Source of the DNA: a virus
Virus record (IMG/VR): IMGVR_UViG_3300032053_005343
Location: 1 to 64,000 of that record
Reading direction: 5' to 3' (one strand)
Length of the DNA: 64,000 nucleotides
Each line of letters begins with the position of its first letter. Position 1 is the stretch's first letter. The notes under the pieces were generated by a model. The model had not been told where the DNA came from and searched no databases. It saw only the letters and a list, made by a program, of their open reading frames with translations. Of this stretch, positions 19,562 to 29,600 are shown piece after piece. The position numbers and the translations under genes were made by a program.

Positions 19562-20626
19562 ATGGCTCAATTTCGGCAATTTTATGCGACCCAGGCGCTT
19601 GGTTTTGCTCCGCACGATACTGTAAACCCAGACCCAAGTGGCGAATTTGAACCATCGGGATTTATTACAGCTAATGGTGTGCAAAGTGTGGGGCTTACCA
19701 CAACTTTTAATTTGGAGCAAGTGTTCGAACTCGGTCAATTAGATTTATATGAAAATATCGAAGGAATCCCGGACATCGAACTTACTGCTCAGAAGGTATT
19801 AGACGGTTATCCTCTACTTTATCATCTAGCAACGCCAGCCGCAACCTCTCCTACATTAGTCGGTCGATCTAACGAACGATGCTATGCTGCTTTGAATCTT
19901 TATCCAGACACAAACGATAATGCTTCTGGTACTCCACTACAGTCAATCGGTATGTCGGGAATGTTTGTTTCTGCGTTAACATATACGCTTAATGTAGAGG
20001 GAAATTCTACTGAAGATATTACATTAGTTGGAAACAACAAGGAATGGTTTGCATCTGGTTTGTTTGGTGGCTCGCCAATGTTTACATCAGTTGGATTTGA
20101 TGGTTTTGATAGTCCTCCTGGTAGTGGTGGGGTTCAAAGACGAGAAGATGTCCTAATGGGCTCTGGTGTAAGCGGTAGTCTATGGCCCACGGTAATTCCT
20201 GGAATTCATGCGAGCGGATGGAACGTACAGGGAGGCGACGGCGTATTTGGCGCGCATCTTCAAACAGCTACGATTTCAGTAGATCTAGGGAGAACGGATT
20301 TGTTTGAACTGGGTCGCAGAGGACCATATCATAGGTTCGTGTCCTTCCCAATAGAAGTTACATGCGCAATAGATGTTACCACAAGCGAAGGAGATCTTGT
20401 TGAGGCGCTGGCTGATCCTCCGGGCGGAACCAATCTCGTTGACCAAACAATTAAAGTATACATGAGAGAGGGGACGATTATAGACTTGGGTACAAAGAAC
20501 AAACTGGCATCAATAACGTATGGTGGAGGAGACAGTGGCGGGGGAAATGTGACAACAAGCTTCAATTTTTCGACCTTCAATCAACTTGTTGTCACGTCGC
20601 CCGCCGACCCTGCGGGATTAAGTTAG
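19562..20626 (+). CDS. Major tail (tube) protein
   Basis: Internal duplication (EQVFELGQLD / TDLFELGRRG); position after terminator; own promoter motif and strong terminator. Confidence 0.7.
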   Translation: MAQFRQFYATQALGFAPHDTVNPDPSGEFEPSGFITANGVQSVGLTTTFNLEQVFELGQLDLYENIEGIPDIELTAQKVLDGYPLLYHLATPAATSPTLVGRSNERCYAALNLYPDTNDNASGTPLQSIGMSGMFVSALTYTLNVEGNSTEDITLVGNNKEWFASGLFGGSPMFTSVGFDGFDSPPGSGGVQRREDVLMGSGVSGSLWPTVIPGIHASGWNVQGGDGVFGAHLQTATISVDLGRTDLFELGRRGPYHRFVSFPIEVTCAIDVTTSEGDLVEALADPPGGTNLVDQTIKVYMREGTIIDLGTKNKLASITYGGGDSGGGNVTTSFNFSTFNQLVVTSPADPAGLS

Positions 20627-20651
20627 ACTTTAAAATTTAAGATATAAATTA

Positions 20652-20689
20652 AGGTGAGCCAGGAATTTAGTCCTGGTTTACTTTTTTTT
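20652..20689 (+). terminator. Rho-independent terminator
   Basis: GTGAGCCAGGA-loop-TCCTGGTTTAC followed by T8. Confidence 0.8.
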
Positions 20690-20722
20690 AAAAAAATATG
20701 GTGTTAATTAGTATAATATATT

Positions 20723-21430
20723 ATGGCTGCGAATAAAGAGGAATATAGTTTTAGAATTGCGCATAATCTTTGCACTCGGTGCGGAGTGACAATATCGCCC
20801 AATAAGAAAATGTGCCAAATTCATTTAGACGAAGCCTCCTTAAGGGAAAAATTAAAAAGAGAAATCAGGAAAAATAAAAGTTTATGTACTAGATGCGGTA
20901 AAAGATCCCCAAGATATAATAAAAATGATTGTCAAGAATGTTTTGAAAAGGACAGGTCTCTTTATCCATCTAAAATAAAATTATATTATAACAAAAAAAA
21001 TAATTTTAAATGCGTTAGATGTAAAATAAAAATTAAAGAAGGTGCATATTGTAATAATTGTAAAGTGCGAATGTGTGAAAAAAGCAAAGCTTTAAGAAAA
21101 AATCAAAAGCGATTAATAATAGATCGTTATGGTGGAAAGTGCTTTTGTTGCGGCGAAGAAAATATAAAATTTTTAACGATAGACCATATTAATAACGATG
21201 GAAGTATTCATAAGCGTCAATTAAAATCTCAAAAGATATCGTTATATAGATGGATAATCAAGAATAATTTTCCAAAAAATGTGTTCCAGATAGCTTGCTA
21301 TAATTGTAATTGCGCTAGAGCACTGAATAATTTTATTTGTCCTCATCAACAAAAATTAAACGAAGATCCTAGTATAATAAGTGATGGAGTACCAACACGG
21401 GAGAAAAAAGATGAAATATTGGCCAACTGA
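20723..21430 (+). CDS. Zn-finger-repeat HNH/EndoVII-like endonuclease
   Basis: Several CxxC pairs; YGGKCFCCGE..FLTIDHINNDG...CYNCN. Confidence 0.75.
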   Translation: MAANKEEYSFRIAHNLCTRCGVTISPNKKMCQIHLDEASLREKLKREIRKNKSLCTRCGKRSPRYNKNDCQECFEKDRSLYPSKIKLYYNKKNNFKCVRCKIKIKEGAYCNNCKVRMCEKSKALRKNQKRLIIDRYGGKCFCCGEENIKFLTIDHINNDGSIHKRQLKSQKISLYRWIIKNNFPKNVFQIACYNCNCARALNNFICPHQQKLNEDPSIISDGVPTREKKDEILAN

Positions 21431-21590
21431 TGTTAGTGGTGAATACATTAGAGAGGACGGTCTTCTTCTTCCTATTAGTATAATATTAAAAAAAGATTTA
21501 AGTCCACAGATTATTTATGATGAAGATATACAAATGCCGAAAGCTGTTAACCGAACCCTAGAGAAAATTATGATAGGATCTCCTCGATAA
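21411..21590 (+). CDS. Hypothetical protein (likely start MKYWP)
   Basis: GGAG upstream of 21411; no recognisable motif. Confidence 0.35.
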   Translation: MKYWPTDVSGEYIREDGLLLPISIILKKDLSPQIIYDEDIQMPKAVNRTLEKIMIGSPR

Positions 21591-21669
21591 AAATAATTAT
21601 AAAAAATTTAATAACTTTTGGGTATAATCAATAGTTGGTTTAGCGTATTCTTTTTTAAAGGAGAAAATT

Positions 21670-21948
21670 GTGAAGAAAATTTTTGGTTATGTTCTATGTC
21701 TAGGTCTATTATTCGGCACGGGCTGTGCCTCAAAAACCGTGGTTGGCTTCGACAAGGTTCAACTTGGTGTACGAACCGCCGCACACGCATGGCAAAATCC
21801 ATCGGCGACACACGATGCCGCCACGGGTGAGTCACGGGTTAATCTTGGCCTTGTTGACCTTGGCGTTATTGGACAAGTTGTTGATCCTGTTCAGGCTGTA
21901 ACATTTACAAGCCAAACGGGTGATACGGCTACTGTAGACGGTAGTTGA
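21670..21948 (+). CDS. Lipoprotein
   Basis: AAAGGAG RBS; MKK-hydrophobic-FGTG|C lipobox. Confidence 0.7.
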   Translation: MKKIFGYVLCLGLLFGTGCASKTVVGFDKVQLGVRTAAHAWQNPSATHDAATGESRVNLGLVDLGVIGQVVDPVQAVTFTSQTGDTATVDGS

Positions 21949-21965
21949 AAAGGTGTATAAGTAAG

Positions 21966-22053
21966 TAAGCGGGCGTCGGTACGCCACTCATTCGCGTTGG
22001 ACGCATCTCGCTATTTTAGGCCGAAAGAGACCCTGCTTTGCAGGGTTTCTTTT
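21966..22053 (+). ncRNA. Candidate small structured RNA, family unknown
   Basis: GC-rich non-coding island between a GTGTATAA motif and a terminator; several possible stems. Confidence 0.35.
22024..22053 (+). terminator. Rho-independent terminator
   Basis: AAAGAGACCCTGC-TTT-GCAGGGTTTCTTTT. Confidence 0.75.
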
Positions 22054-22088
22054 ACTGGAATTTAAATAAGTTTTTGGTATAATATAAC

Positions 22089-22637
22089 ATGATAAGGCTG
22101 CAAGACGAAATAAAGGGCGGTAAACTACAATTATTATTAGATCATAATAGTATTCAAAATAGGATTAGGGGATTAGCAAAAGAAATAATTCATTTTTATG
22201 AGTGGGAGAGAAATTGTCAATTAGTTTTAATAGCTGTAATGGATGGGGCGGGAATGTTTTTATATGATTTAATCAAACTTTTGCCTTTTAAGATTAAGTT
22301 GTATTGCATAAAAATAAATACCTATAAAAATCAAAGTAAAATTAAGAATTCTATAGTTGAAATCAATGAACTTACCGATATAGAGAATAATAATATACTA
22401 ATTATAGACACTGTATTAGATTCTGGAGAAACTTTAAATTCCGTTATTAAATCTGTAGAGACGATGAAACCAAAGACTTTAAAAACCGCAATATTATTGT
22501 GTAAAAATAGAAAGAGAGAATTTGATATTAAACCAGATTTTTGTGGTTTCAATATTGCCGATAAATGGATAATTGGTTACGGGATGGATATAGATGGATT
22601 TTATAGAAATTTGAAGGATATTTATGAAGTAAAATAA
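22089..22637 (+). CDS. hpt: Hypoxanthine-guanine phosphoribosyltransferase-like protein
   Basis: ILIIDTVLDSGETL PRPP loop; KPDFCGF; WIIGYGMD...YRNL. Confidence 0.8.
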   Translation: MIRLQDEIKGGKLQLLLDHNSIQNRIRGLAKEIIHFYEWERNCQLVLIAVMDGAGMFLYDLIKLLPFKIKLYCIKINTYKNQSKIKNSIVEINELTDIENNNILIIDTVLDSGETLNSVIKSVETMKPKTLKTAILLCKNRKREFDIKPDFCGFNIADKWIIGYGMDIDGFYRNLKDIYEVK

Positions 22638-23284
22638 TGAAAGATTTAACGGGACAACGATTTGGAAAACTTGTTGTAGATAAATATATTGGCAAAAACA
22701 AATACGGACAATCTATATGGTTATGTAAATGTGACTGTGGAAACATTGAAAAAATTCTTGGCAATAGTCTCAAATCTAATAGAACCAAAAGTTGTGGATG
22801 CTTATATATGAAGCATGGCCATTCAACAAGAGGTAAAGTGTCGAGAACATATCGTATATGGCAAGATATGAAAAAGAGATGTACTAATATAAATCATCCT
22901 TCTTATAAAGATTATGGTGGACGTGGAATTACAATTTGCGAGAGATGGATAAATAAAAAGAATGGATATAAGAATTTCTTAAAAGATATTGGAGAAATAC
23001 CACAAGGATTAACTTTGGATAGAATAGACAACAATAAATTGGTAAATGGTTATTCTCCTGAAAATTGTAGGTTGGCAACACCAAAAGAACAGGGAAGAAA
23101 TAAAAGAAATAATAAACTATATTATTATGATGGTGAAGAACAATGTGTTTCTGCTCTGGTAGAAGAATACGAGATTGGTCGCTCTACACTAAATTATAGA
23201 TTAAGGGGTGGACAATCAATAGAAGAAGCTTTAACAACCCCAGTAAGATATAAAAAAAATAATAAACAAGGGGATGTAACTTGA
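22637..23284 (+). CDS. HNH-type homing endonuclease (CxCDCG family)
   Basis: DLTGQRFGKL..WLCKCDCG; W..MKKRC...YGGRGITIC.RW; TLDRIDN...YSPENCR. Confidence 0.85.
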   Translation: MKDLTGQRFGKLVVDKYIGKNKYGQSIWLCKCDCGNIEKILGNSLKSNRTKSCGCLYMKHGHSTRGKVSRTYRIWQDMKKRCTNINHPSYKDYGGRGITICERWINKKNGYKNFLKDIGEIPQGLTLDRIDNNKLVNGYSPENCRLATPKEQGRNKRNNKLYYYDGEEQCVSALVEEYEIGRSTLNYRLRGGQSIEEALTTPVRYKKNNKQGDVT

Positions 23285-23622
23285 GCAAGTTTTACTGCGC
23301 CAGTGGCTCTTTCAAAAATATCTGTGATGCTCCAAACGCATTAGCTGCCGCAAAAAAAACTATACAAAAAATTCTAGAGAGCGAAACTGATCTCGGTTTG
23401 TTGATTTTGATAAACGAGAGAGGGTTTGGTAGTAAAACAGAAAATTTAATAAGTCCCACAATTCCCCTTCTTAAACTTATGGATTATCCGGTGGGAAATG
23501 ATTTTGAATTAGAACAATTGATTTGTATCTCTCTTAAAATAAAGAGAGAAAATATCAGCGACAAGGAGATGCACTGGCTACTTTCGGGAGATTTAGAGGA
23601 TGGAGAAGAACAATGTCATTGA
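23281..23622 (+). CDS. Hypothetical protein
   Basis: TTG start overlapping the previous stop; tightly packed. Confidence 0.45.
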   Translation: MSKFYCASGSFKNICDAPNALAAAKKTIQKILESETDLGLLILINERGFGSKTENLISPTIPLLKLMDYPVGNDFELEQLICISLKIKRENISDKEMHWLLSGDLEDGEEQCH

Positions 23623-23891
23623 AGATTAATGATGGGAATAATTTTATTGAGATTTTATTTGATTATACAACAGATAAATATTTTGGTAAATTTACAATAA
23701 GTACAATAAGATTGAATAATAGACCGATAGCTCTAGGTTCCGCTGTATGTAGTTTGAAAGACAACTTCTGCAAAAGTATTGGAAGGAAAATCTCCTTAAC
23801 CAGAGCCATTGAAACCGCAAAAAAGAATAAAGAAATAGATAAAAATATGAGTAAAAGAATTTGGCAAGAATATTTGGCAAACTGTAAATAA
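23613..23891 (+). CDS. Small conserved phage-type protein
   Basis: GSAVCS.KDNF.KSIGRKISL.RA motif seen in small phage proteins. Confidence 0.5.
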   Translation: MSLKINDGNNFIEILFDYTTDKYFGKFTISTIRLNNRPIALGSAVCSLKDNFCKSIGRKISLTRAIETAKKNKEIDKNMSKRIWQEYLANCK

Positions 23892-23903
23892 GAGAAGAAT
23901 AAA

Positions 23904-24080
23904 ATGAATAAACAAAGAAAATTTAAAAAAGCCGAAGTAAATGAGGAAATTTTATCTTCGATTAGTTCTCCAAATCCATGGAAAAGGGAGGACGAGGATC
24001 TTTGGTTAAAACAACCATCATCGGAATTAAGAAGAAGATTCCCACCCATGTCGAAACCCAGACACATAAATTACACATAA
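23904..24080 (+). CDS. 58-aa hypothetical protein (absent from the ORF track)
   Basis: MNKQRKFKKAEV...HINYT* fills the gap between neighbours. Confidence 0.4.
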   Translation: MNKQRKFKKAEVNEEILSSISSPNPWKREDEDLWLKQPSSELRRRFPPMSKPRHINYT

Positions 24081-24098
24081 ACCCAAAAGGAGATTCTA

Positions 24099-24245
24099 AT
24101 GAAGTTAAAATTAATTACAGCAACTTTAATCGCCGTATTATTGTGTGGATGCACAATAGGGGGATACGACCTATCCGCGTGCAATGGGCATCTGGGCGTT
24201 TGCACCGAACTGTTTTGGGATAATAGGGATCAGATCGTCAAATAG
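24099..24245 (+). CDS. 48-aa lipoprotein (absent from the ORF track)
   Basis: AAAAGGAG RBS; MKLKLITATLIAVLLCG|CTIGGYDLSACNGHLGVCTELFWDNRDQIVK*. Confidence 0.65.
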   Translation: MKLKLITATLIAVLLCGCTIGGYDLSACNGHLGVCTELFWDNRDQIVK

Positions 24246-24271
24246 ATAAAAAATACCATTTCTTCTTTTAC

Positions 24272-24298
24272 AAAGCCGGGTTCTCCGGCTTTATTTTT
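24272..24298 (+). terminator. Rho-independent terminator
   Basis: AAAGCCGG-GTTCT-CCGGCTTT-ATTTTT. Confidence 0.7.
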
Positions 24299-24364
24299 GT
24301 GTATAATTAACTAGGAAAGTAAGTAGGATAAATCGGCACCTATTTTTGCGTGTTGGGAATTATA

Positions 24365-25456
24365 ATGGATTCATTCCAAATAGAAAAATTAATTGATTTT
24401 ATATCTTGTGATAAAATTATTACAGAACAAAGATTGAGCAATGGTGCATTAATTGAATTATTACTTTATAACCCCTCTGCAATAGATAAAAAACGATCTT
24501 TTCTTGTTTATGAAAAAGCATATGATATAGCTATAGAAATGGGTCTTTTAACAGAAGAAGAGTTAAAAATATTTTTTATTGAAAATGGACTTTGGGGTAT
24601 AGAAAAAGAAGTACGAATAGAAACCATTAGAAGCGATATTAATAAAATAACTAAGGGTTTACTTGGTTTAATATTTCAAAAAAATAAATTAAATATCGCA
24701 AAATTAATGCTTAGAAAAGCAGAAAAAGAATTAATGAATTTAATTGTAGAAAAAAATATATTATTAAAAAATAGTGCCGAAAATTATGGTTTATCACAAA
24801 AACAAAAATACATTATCTCAAGAATTGTTTATAATGAAAACGAAGAAAGATTTTGGAGATCAATTCGTGATTTTGAAAACGAACAAAATGTATCACTTAT
24901 TAATAAATTGTGTAGCTTATTTTTTGAGGAATCTAGATTAAATAATAAAACTATAAGAAAAATAGCAAGATCCTATCAATGGAAAACTATCTGGTGTATA
25001 TCTAAAAATTCTGGAAATTTATTTGTTGAGTTGCCGATTAATTGGACAGAAAATCAGGTAAGTTTAGCTTATTGGTCTTACGTTTATGATATGGTTGCGG
25101 AATCGTACGAAAGACCGTCTACAGATATTATAAGTGATGACGATTTATTAGATTCATGGTTAATCAATCAAAATGATAAAATTGAAGAGAAATGCAAAGG
25201 AAATAAAATAGATAATATAAAAAATAAAAAGAATGGTAAACAAGAAGTTTTTGTTCTTGCCGATAAGGATGGCGCAAAGGATGTTTATGGATTAAATGAT
25301 GGTTTAAATAGATTAAAAATTCAAGCTAAACAAAAAACGATAAATTCAAAAGGTAGTGTTAAAGAACAAAATTTGCCAGACAGTCAAATAGAGATGAGAG
25401 AGCAGTTGGCGAATCAAATGAAGAGTAAAATGAGCGACATTAGGAAAGGAAGGTAA
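24365..25456 (+). CDS. Putative tail assembly protein (likely start MDSFQ)
   Basis: Helical; ERP...IISDDDLLDSW motif; first of three genes before the tape measure; TGTGTATAA motif at 24298. Confidence 0.45.
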   Translation: MDSFQIEKLIDFISCDKIITEQRLSNGALIELLLYNPSAIDKKRSFLVYEKAYDIAIEMGLLTEEELKIFFIENGLWGIEKEVRIETIRSDINKITKGLLGLIFQKNKLNIAKLMLRKAEKELMNLIVEKNILLKNSAENYGLSQKQKYIISRIVYNENEERFWRSIRDFENEQNVSLINKLCSLFFEESRLNNKTIRKIARSYQWKTIWCISKNSGNLFVELPINWTENQVSLAYWSYVYDMVAESYERPSTDIISDDDLLDSWLINQNDKIEEKCKGNKIDNIKNKKNGKQEVFVLADKDGAKDVYGLNDGLNRLKIQAKQKTINSKGSVKEQNLPDSQIEMREQLANQMKSKMSDIRKGR

Positions 25457-25458
25457 TT

Positions 25459-25815
25459 ATGGATCAACTTGATCGTCTAGCTGATTTGAGAAAACAACAA
25501 CTTAATGAGTCTAAGATAAATAGAAATGAAAAAAATAAAGATAGATTTAAAAATATATGTAAAAAGAAATTTCAGACATCTTTTATTTTCCCTATTGCGG
25601 AATTTGAAGAAACATTTGGGAAAGAGTTGTGGGGATTGGGATTAGAAGAAGAGGAACTAACGAACGAACAAAAATTAAATAAAATAAAATGGAATCAACT
25701 TAGAAAAAATATTTTAGATAAGGGGAATGGGCAATTGAGAGCCTTTTTAAATGAAATAGAACTTTACTGTATAAGTTATACTGGCTATAAAACTAATTTT
25801 TTGGGAGTAAAATAA
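25459..25815 (+). CDS. Putative tail assembly chaperone (G-like)
   Basis: Synteny; ends with T-TTT-TTG slippery heptamer and TAATG overlap. Confidence 0.4.
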   Translation: MDQLDRLADLRKQQLNESKINRNEKNKDRFKNICKKKFQTSFIFPIAEFEETFGKELWGLGLEEEELTNEQKLNKIKWNQLRKNILDKGNGQLRAFLNEIELYCISYTGYKTNFLGVK

Positions 25816-26651
25816 TGGAAAATACCAAGGAATGTTTAACTATTAAAAACGAGGATGGGGTGGATGTTGAAATCTGTGTTGTTTCCCCAACACATAAAAT
25901 GATCCAGGATGCAAACTTAATTTATAATATGAAAGTAGCTTCCTGTATTAGAGATGGGCAAGTATCTGGCGAAAGATTGCTTCTTCGGGCAGAGGTTGAA
26001 GATTATTTAGTAAAGACTAATGTTTGGTCGAATGCGGATAAATTAAGGATGGAAGAACTTGGAATAAACATTCGAGCAAGGGAACTTATGCTTAGAAAAG
26101 GTGGTTTAAAAATATCTGAGGGTAGACAAATTGCCATAGAAATGAATGAATTAAGAAATCAGATGCTTCAACTTTATACAAAAAGACAACAATTAGATTC
26201 TGCTACTATAGAATCTGCGGCAGAAAATCATAGATTTAATTTCCTTGCCAGTAAATGTATTCTTAACAAACTAACAGAGAAACCTTGTTATAAAGATTTT
26301 AATGATTATTTAAATAAATCTCATGAGATTGTTGCAATAGAAGGCTCAAAAAAACTTGCAAAAATGCTATATGGCTTAGAGGAAAGTATTAAATCTAGTC
26401 TTTTTGAGATCAAATGGCTTAGAAATGCGGGATTTATAAACGAAGAAGGAAAATATACGGACAGAAGTGGAAAATTGACAGATAAAGATGGTCGTCATAT
26501 TGACGAAAACGGAAGATATATAAACGAAGAGGGAAATTTAATAGATAGAAGTGGAAATTTGGTTGATCCAAAAGGCGATTTTATGGTTGAATCAAAGCCT
26601 TTTGTTGATGATGAAACAGGCGTCCCGGTAGAGTTTAAAGTGGGTGATTAA
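25815..26651 (+). CDS. Putative tail assembly chaperone with C-terminal 7-aa (D/N)xxG repeats
   Basis: Immediately upstream of the tape measure gene. Confidence 0.5.
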   Translation: MENTKECLTIKNEDGVDVEICVVSPTHKMIQDANLIYNMKVASCIRDGQVSGERLLLRAEVEDYLVKTNVWSNADKLRMEELGINIRARELMLRKGGLKISEGRQIAIEMNELRNQMLQLYTKRQQLDSATIESAAENHRFNFLASKCILNKLTEKPCYKDFNDYLNKSHEIVAIEGSKKLAKMLYGLEESIKSSLFEIKWLRNAGFINEEGKYTDRSGKLTDKDGRHIDENGRYINEEGNLIDRSGNLVDPKGDFMVESKPFVDDETGVPVEFKVGD

Positions 26652-26653
26652 TA

Positions 26654-29600
26654 GTGGCACAATTTGTTCTTGATGTAAATTTACAAATCCAAAAAGTCCT
26701 TGGATTAGAAGAAGTAAAAGCCCAACTTGCTTCCGTTGCTGGTTCTACGGCGGGCATTACCGTTGGTTCTCCACAGGGATTAAATCAATTAACATCTTCT
26801 TTAACAACTATGCAAGCAGCATCGACTGCTGCTGGTGTAAATCTTAAGCAATTTACAGTATCTTCTAATCAGGCAACAGGAGCATTAAAAATTGCCGGGA
26901 GTACGGCGGCTGTTGCTGGCGGTCTTTTTGATAATTATGGAACTAGAGTAGCGTTAGCCGGAGCAAGATATTCTGCATTCCTTGCTGCAACCGCAATTCC
27001 ATTTGCTGGACTAGCCGCCCTTGGTGCCGCAACACAATCTATTATAGAATTCGATGCTGCTATGGTTAAACTATCTCAAATATTACAACAACCACAAGCA
27101 GATATAGATGCATTAAGAGAAAAAATACTTCAATTATCTACGGCAACAGGAACATCAATAAAAGAAATATCTGGTGCTGCTTCGATTCTTGCACAGGCCG
27201 GTTTATTAAAGGGAGCAGAAGATTTTACAAAATTTTTAGAACCCCTTTCCAAAATTCCGCTGCTTCCTACTTTTAAGAACATAGAAGAGGCAACAGAAGG
27301 TGTTATTGCTGCACTGGGTCAATTTGGTAAAGCCGGCCTTGAACCAATTGAGATACTTGATAAATTAACTAGGGTTGCAGATAAATTCGCCGTAGAATCT
27401 GCGGACTTAAACACGGCATTACAAATAGCAGGAGGAACATTTGCTCAACTTGGTGGAAATATAGATGAATTTTTAGCCATATTTACTACTATAAGACAAA
27501 CAACAAGAGAAAGTGCGTCGTCCATTGCTACAGCATTGAAAATGATTGCTACTAGGTTGGCTCAGCCAACGACCATTGGATTCCTAGAAGGTATAGGCGT
27601 CTCTGTTAGAGACCAAAAGGGCGAATTATTGGGTCTGCTTGATGTGTTTAAAAATGTACAAGAGGTATTTGAGGCTTCTGGAAAAGAGCAACAAGCAGTG
27701 ATAGGAACAGCCCTTGGCGGCGTCAGGCACGTTGGTCGCGTTTTTGCAGGTCTTAGAAATACCGAGTTAACACAAGAAGTTTTAACAGCTTCTCAGACGG
27801 CTACCGGAGCGGTTGCACAAAGTGCTGAAAAAGCAATGGAAAAGCTGAGTGTACAAATAGATATATTAAAGGCGAAATTTATCGAATTAGCACAATCACT
27901 AGCAGAACCAGTTTTTGCCCCAATCATAAAATCGGCACTAGCGGCTGGTGAAGCTTTTATTTTTGTAATTGATGCCCTTAAGCCAGTATTACCTTTGCTT
28001 GTACAATTAACAGCACTCGGTGTTGGATTAAAAGTATTCTCTTTCGCAGCCTCCTCTATTGGTAGTCTTGCTAAAGCTTTAGCTGCCGTTAATCTTGGTG
28101 GACTTGCTGGACTGGGAAAAAATGGTGCTGGTGGCGCTGGCGCACAAGGAGTACTTCCTTTTGCGCAACCAACCGCTGGTCAACAAGCTAAAAATTTAGC
28201 AGGTTCTCAGGTTGGTCAACTTGGTATATTACTTGGGATTAATTTAGCTGCATCGCACCTAGCTTCTGCTTTTGAGAAAACCGATGGAAGTGTTACTAAG
28301 CTTGGTCTCCAGGCGGCAGGAACCGCAACAGCACTTCTTGCACTCGCATCATTGGCGTCTGGCAGGTCTGTGTCCGGCTTATTTACAGCATTAGGACCGG
28401 CTGCCGGAGTAGGACTTGGCGTTGGTGTTGCTGCGGCGGCAGGGCTTACTGCGGTAGCGACACAAACTGAAATAGATATAAATGAACTAGTACAAAAAGC
28501 CGCAAAGAAAATTAATGAACTAAAAATAGAGATAACTCCTGGTAATGAACAACAATTTCAGGAAGCTACCAATAAATTATTCGAACCAATAGGAGAAGCA
28601 TTTGCTGGTTTGGCGGAAGAGTTTGATCCATCGACATTTTCAGGATTTATGAATAGAGTTGCCAAAAATTTTAGTAAAATAATTTCTCTGGATTTTAGTG
28701 GCATATTTGATTTATCTGCGTTAACGGGAAAAGAAGTTGAAAAATTAGTAAAAGAGATGTTTGGAACCAGTGGAATAAGTGGTTCTAAGCTTTTGACAGA
28801 AGCAATTAATGAATTCGGTCTTGATTTTTCCGAAGGATTAGAAAGTAAATTACAAAAAGCCCTTGCTCCATTTGCCGGTATGGGTTTTAATGTTCAAAAA
28901 TTAGTAGATACAGCAAGGAAACAAATTACGGAAGGGGCGGGTGGTATAAAGGGTATCATAAATCTCAAGGAACAGGCGGATAAAGAAGCTGCGAATAGAG
29001 CGGTTATAGCATCTACTCAAAAAATTGCTAATGATTTGAAAAGTATTGTAATTCCACAACAAATTGGTGGAGAATTAAAAAATTTAGCAGAAGCTATACA
29101 AAGAACTGTAAGTTCTATAGATAATTCTGTTAGTGTTTTTCAATCACTTACATCAGGACTTGGAAAAATAGAAACACCAAAAATACCAACCACATTTACC
29201 GGAGAAGCTGTAAGAAAATCACTTGCTGGTGCGACTCCAGAAACATTCGGCGGAGAATTTCCAAATCTTAGTAAGGCTACTCAACAGGTTCTCCAAGTAA
29301 ATCAGGCGATTAAAGATTTTACGACTTCTTTTGAAATAGAACTTGGTAAAGTTTCAGAAGAACTTGGTGGAGCAAAAGTAGATGCTAGTACATTATTTGA
29401 ACCATTTCTCAAAGAATTTTTGGCCAATACAAAAGATTTACCACCAGAAGCAAGGGGAGCTCTCGAAAAGGCTGGCGCGGAAATTGCTGCAAAAATGACA
29501 GAGGCTACTGCGAGCGGTGAATTTGGATTAAAATCCGAAGAAGCACTAGAAATAATAAAAAGAGGTTTTGGAAATTTATCTACAATTTCTGATACTATGG

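Noticed and set aside
21968-22012. tRNA-Met (CUCAU loop)
   Set aside because: Too short; no D-arm, T-arm (TTCG) or cloverleaf
23978-24223. 81-aa ORF from the track
   Set aside because: Better explained by 23904..24080 and the RBS-supported lipoprotein 24099..24245, which it overlaps
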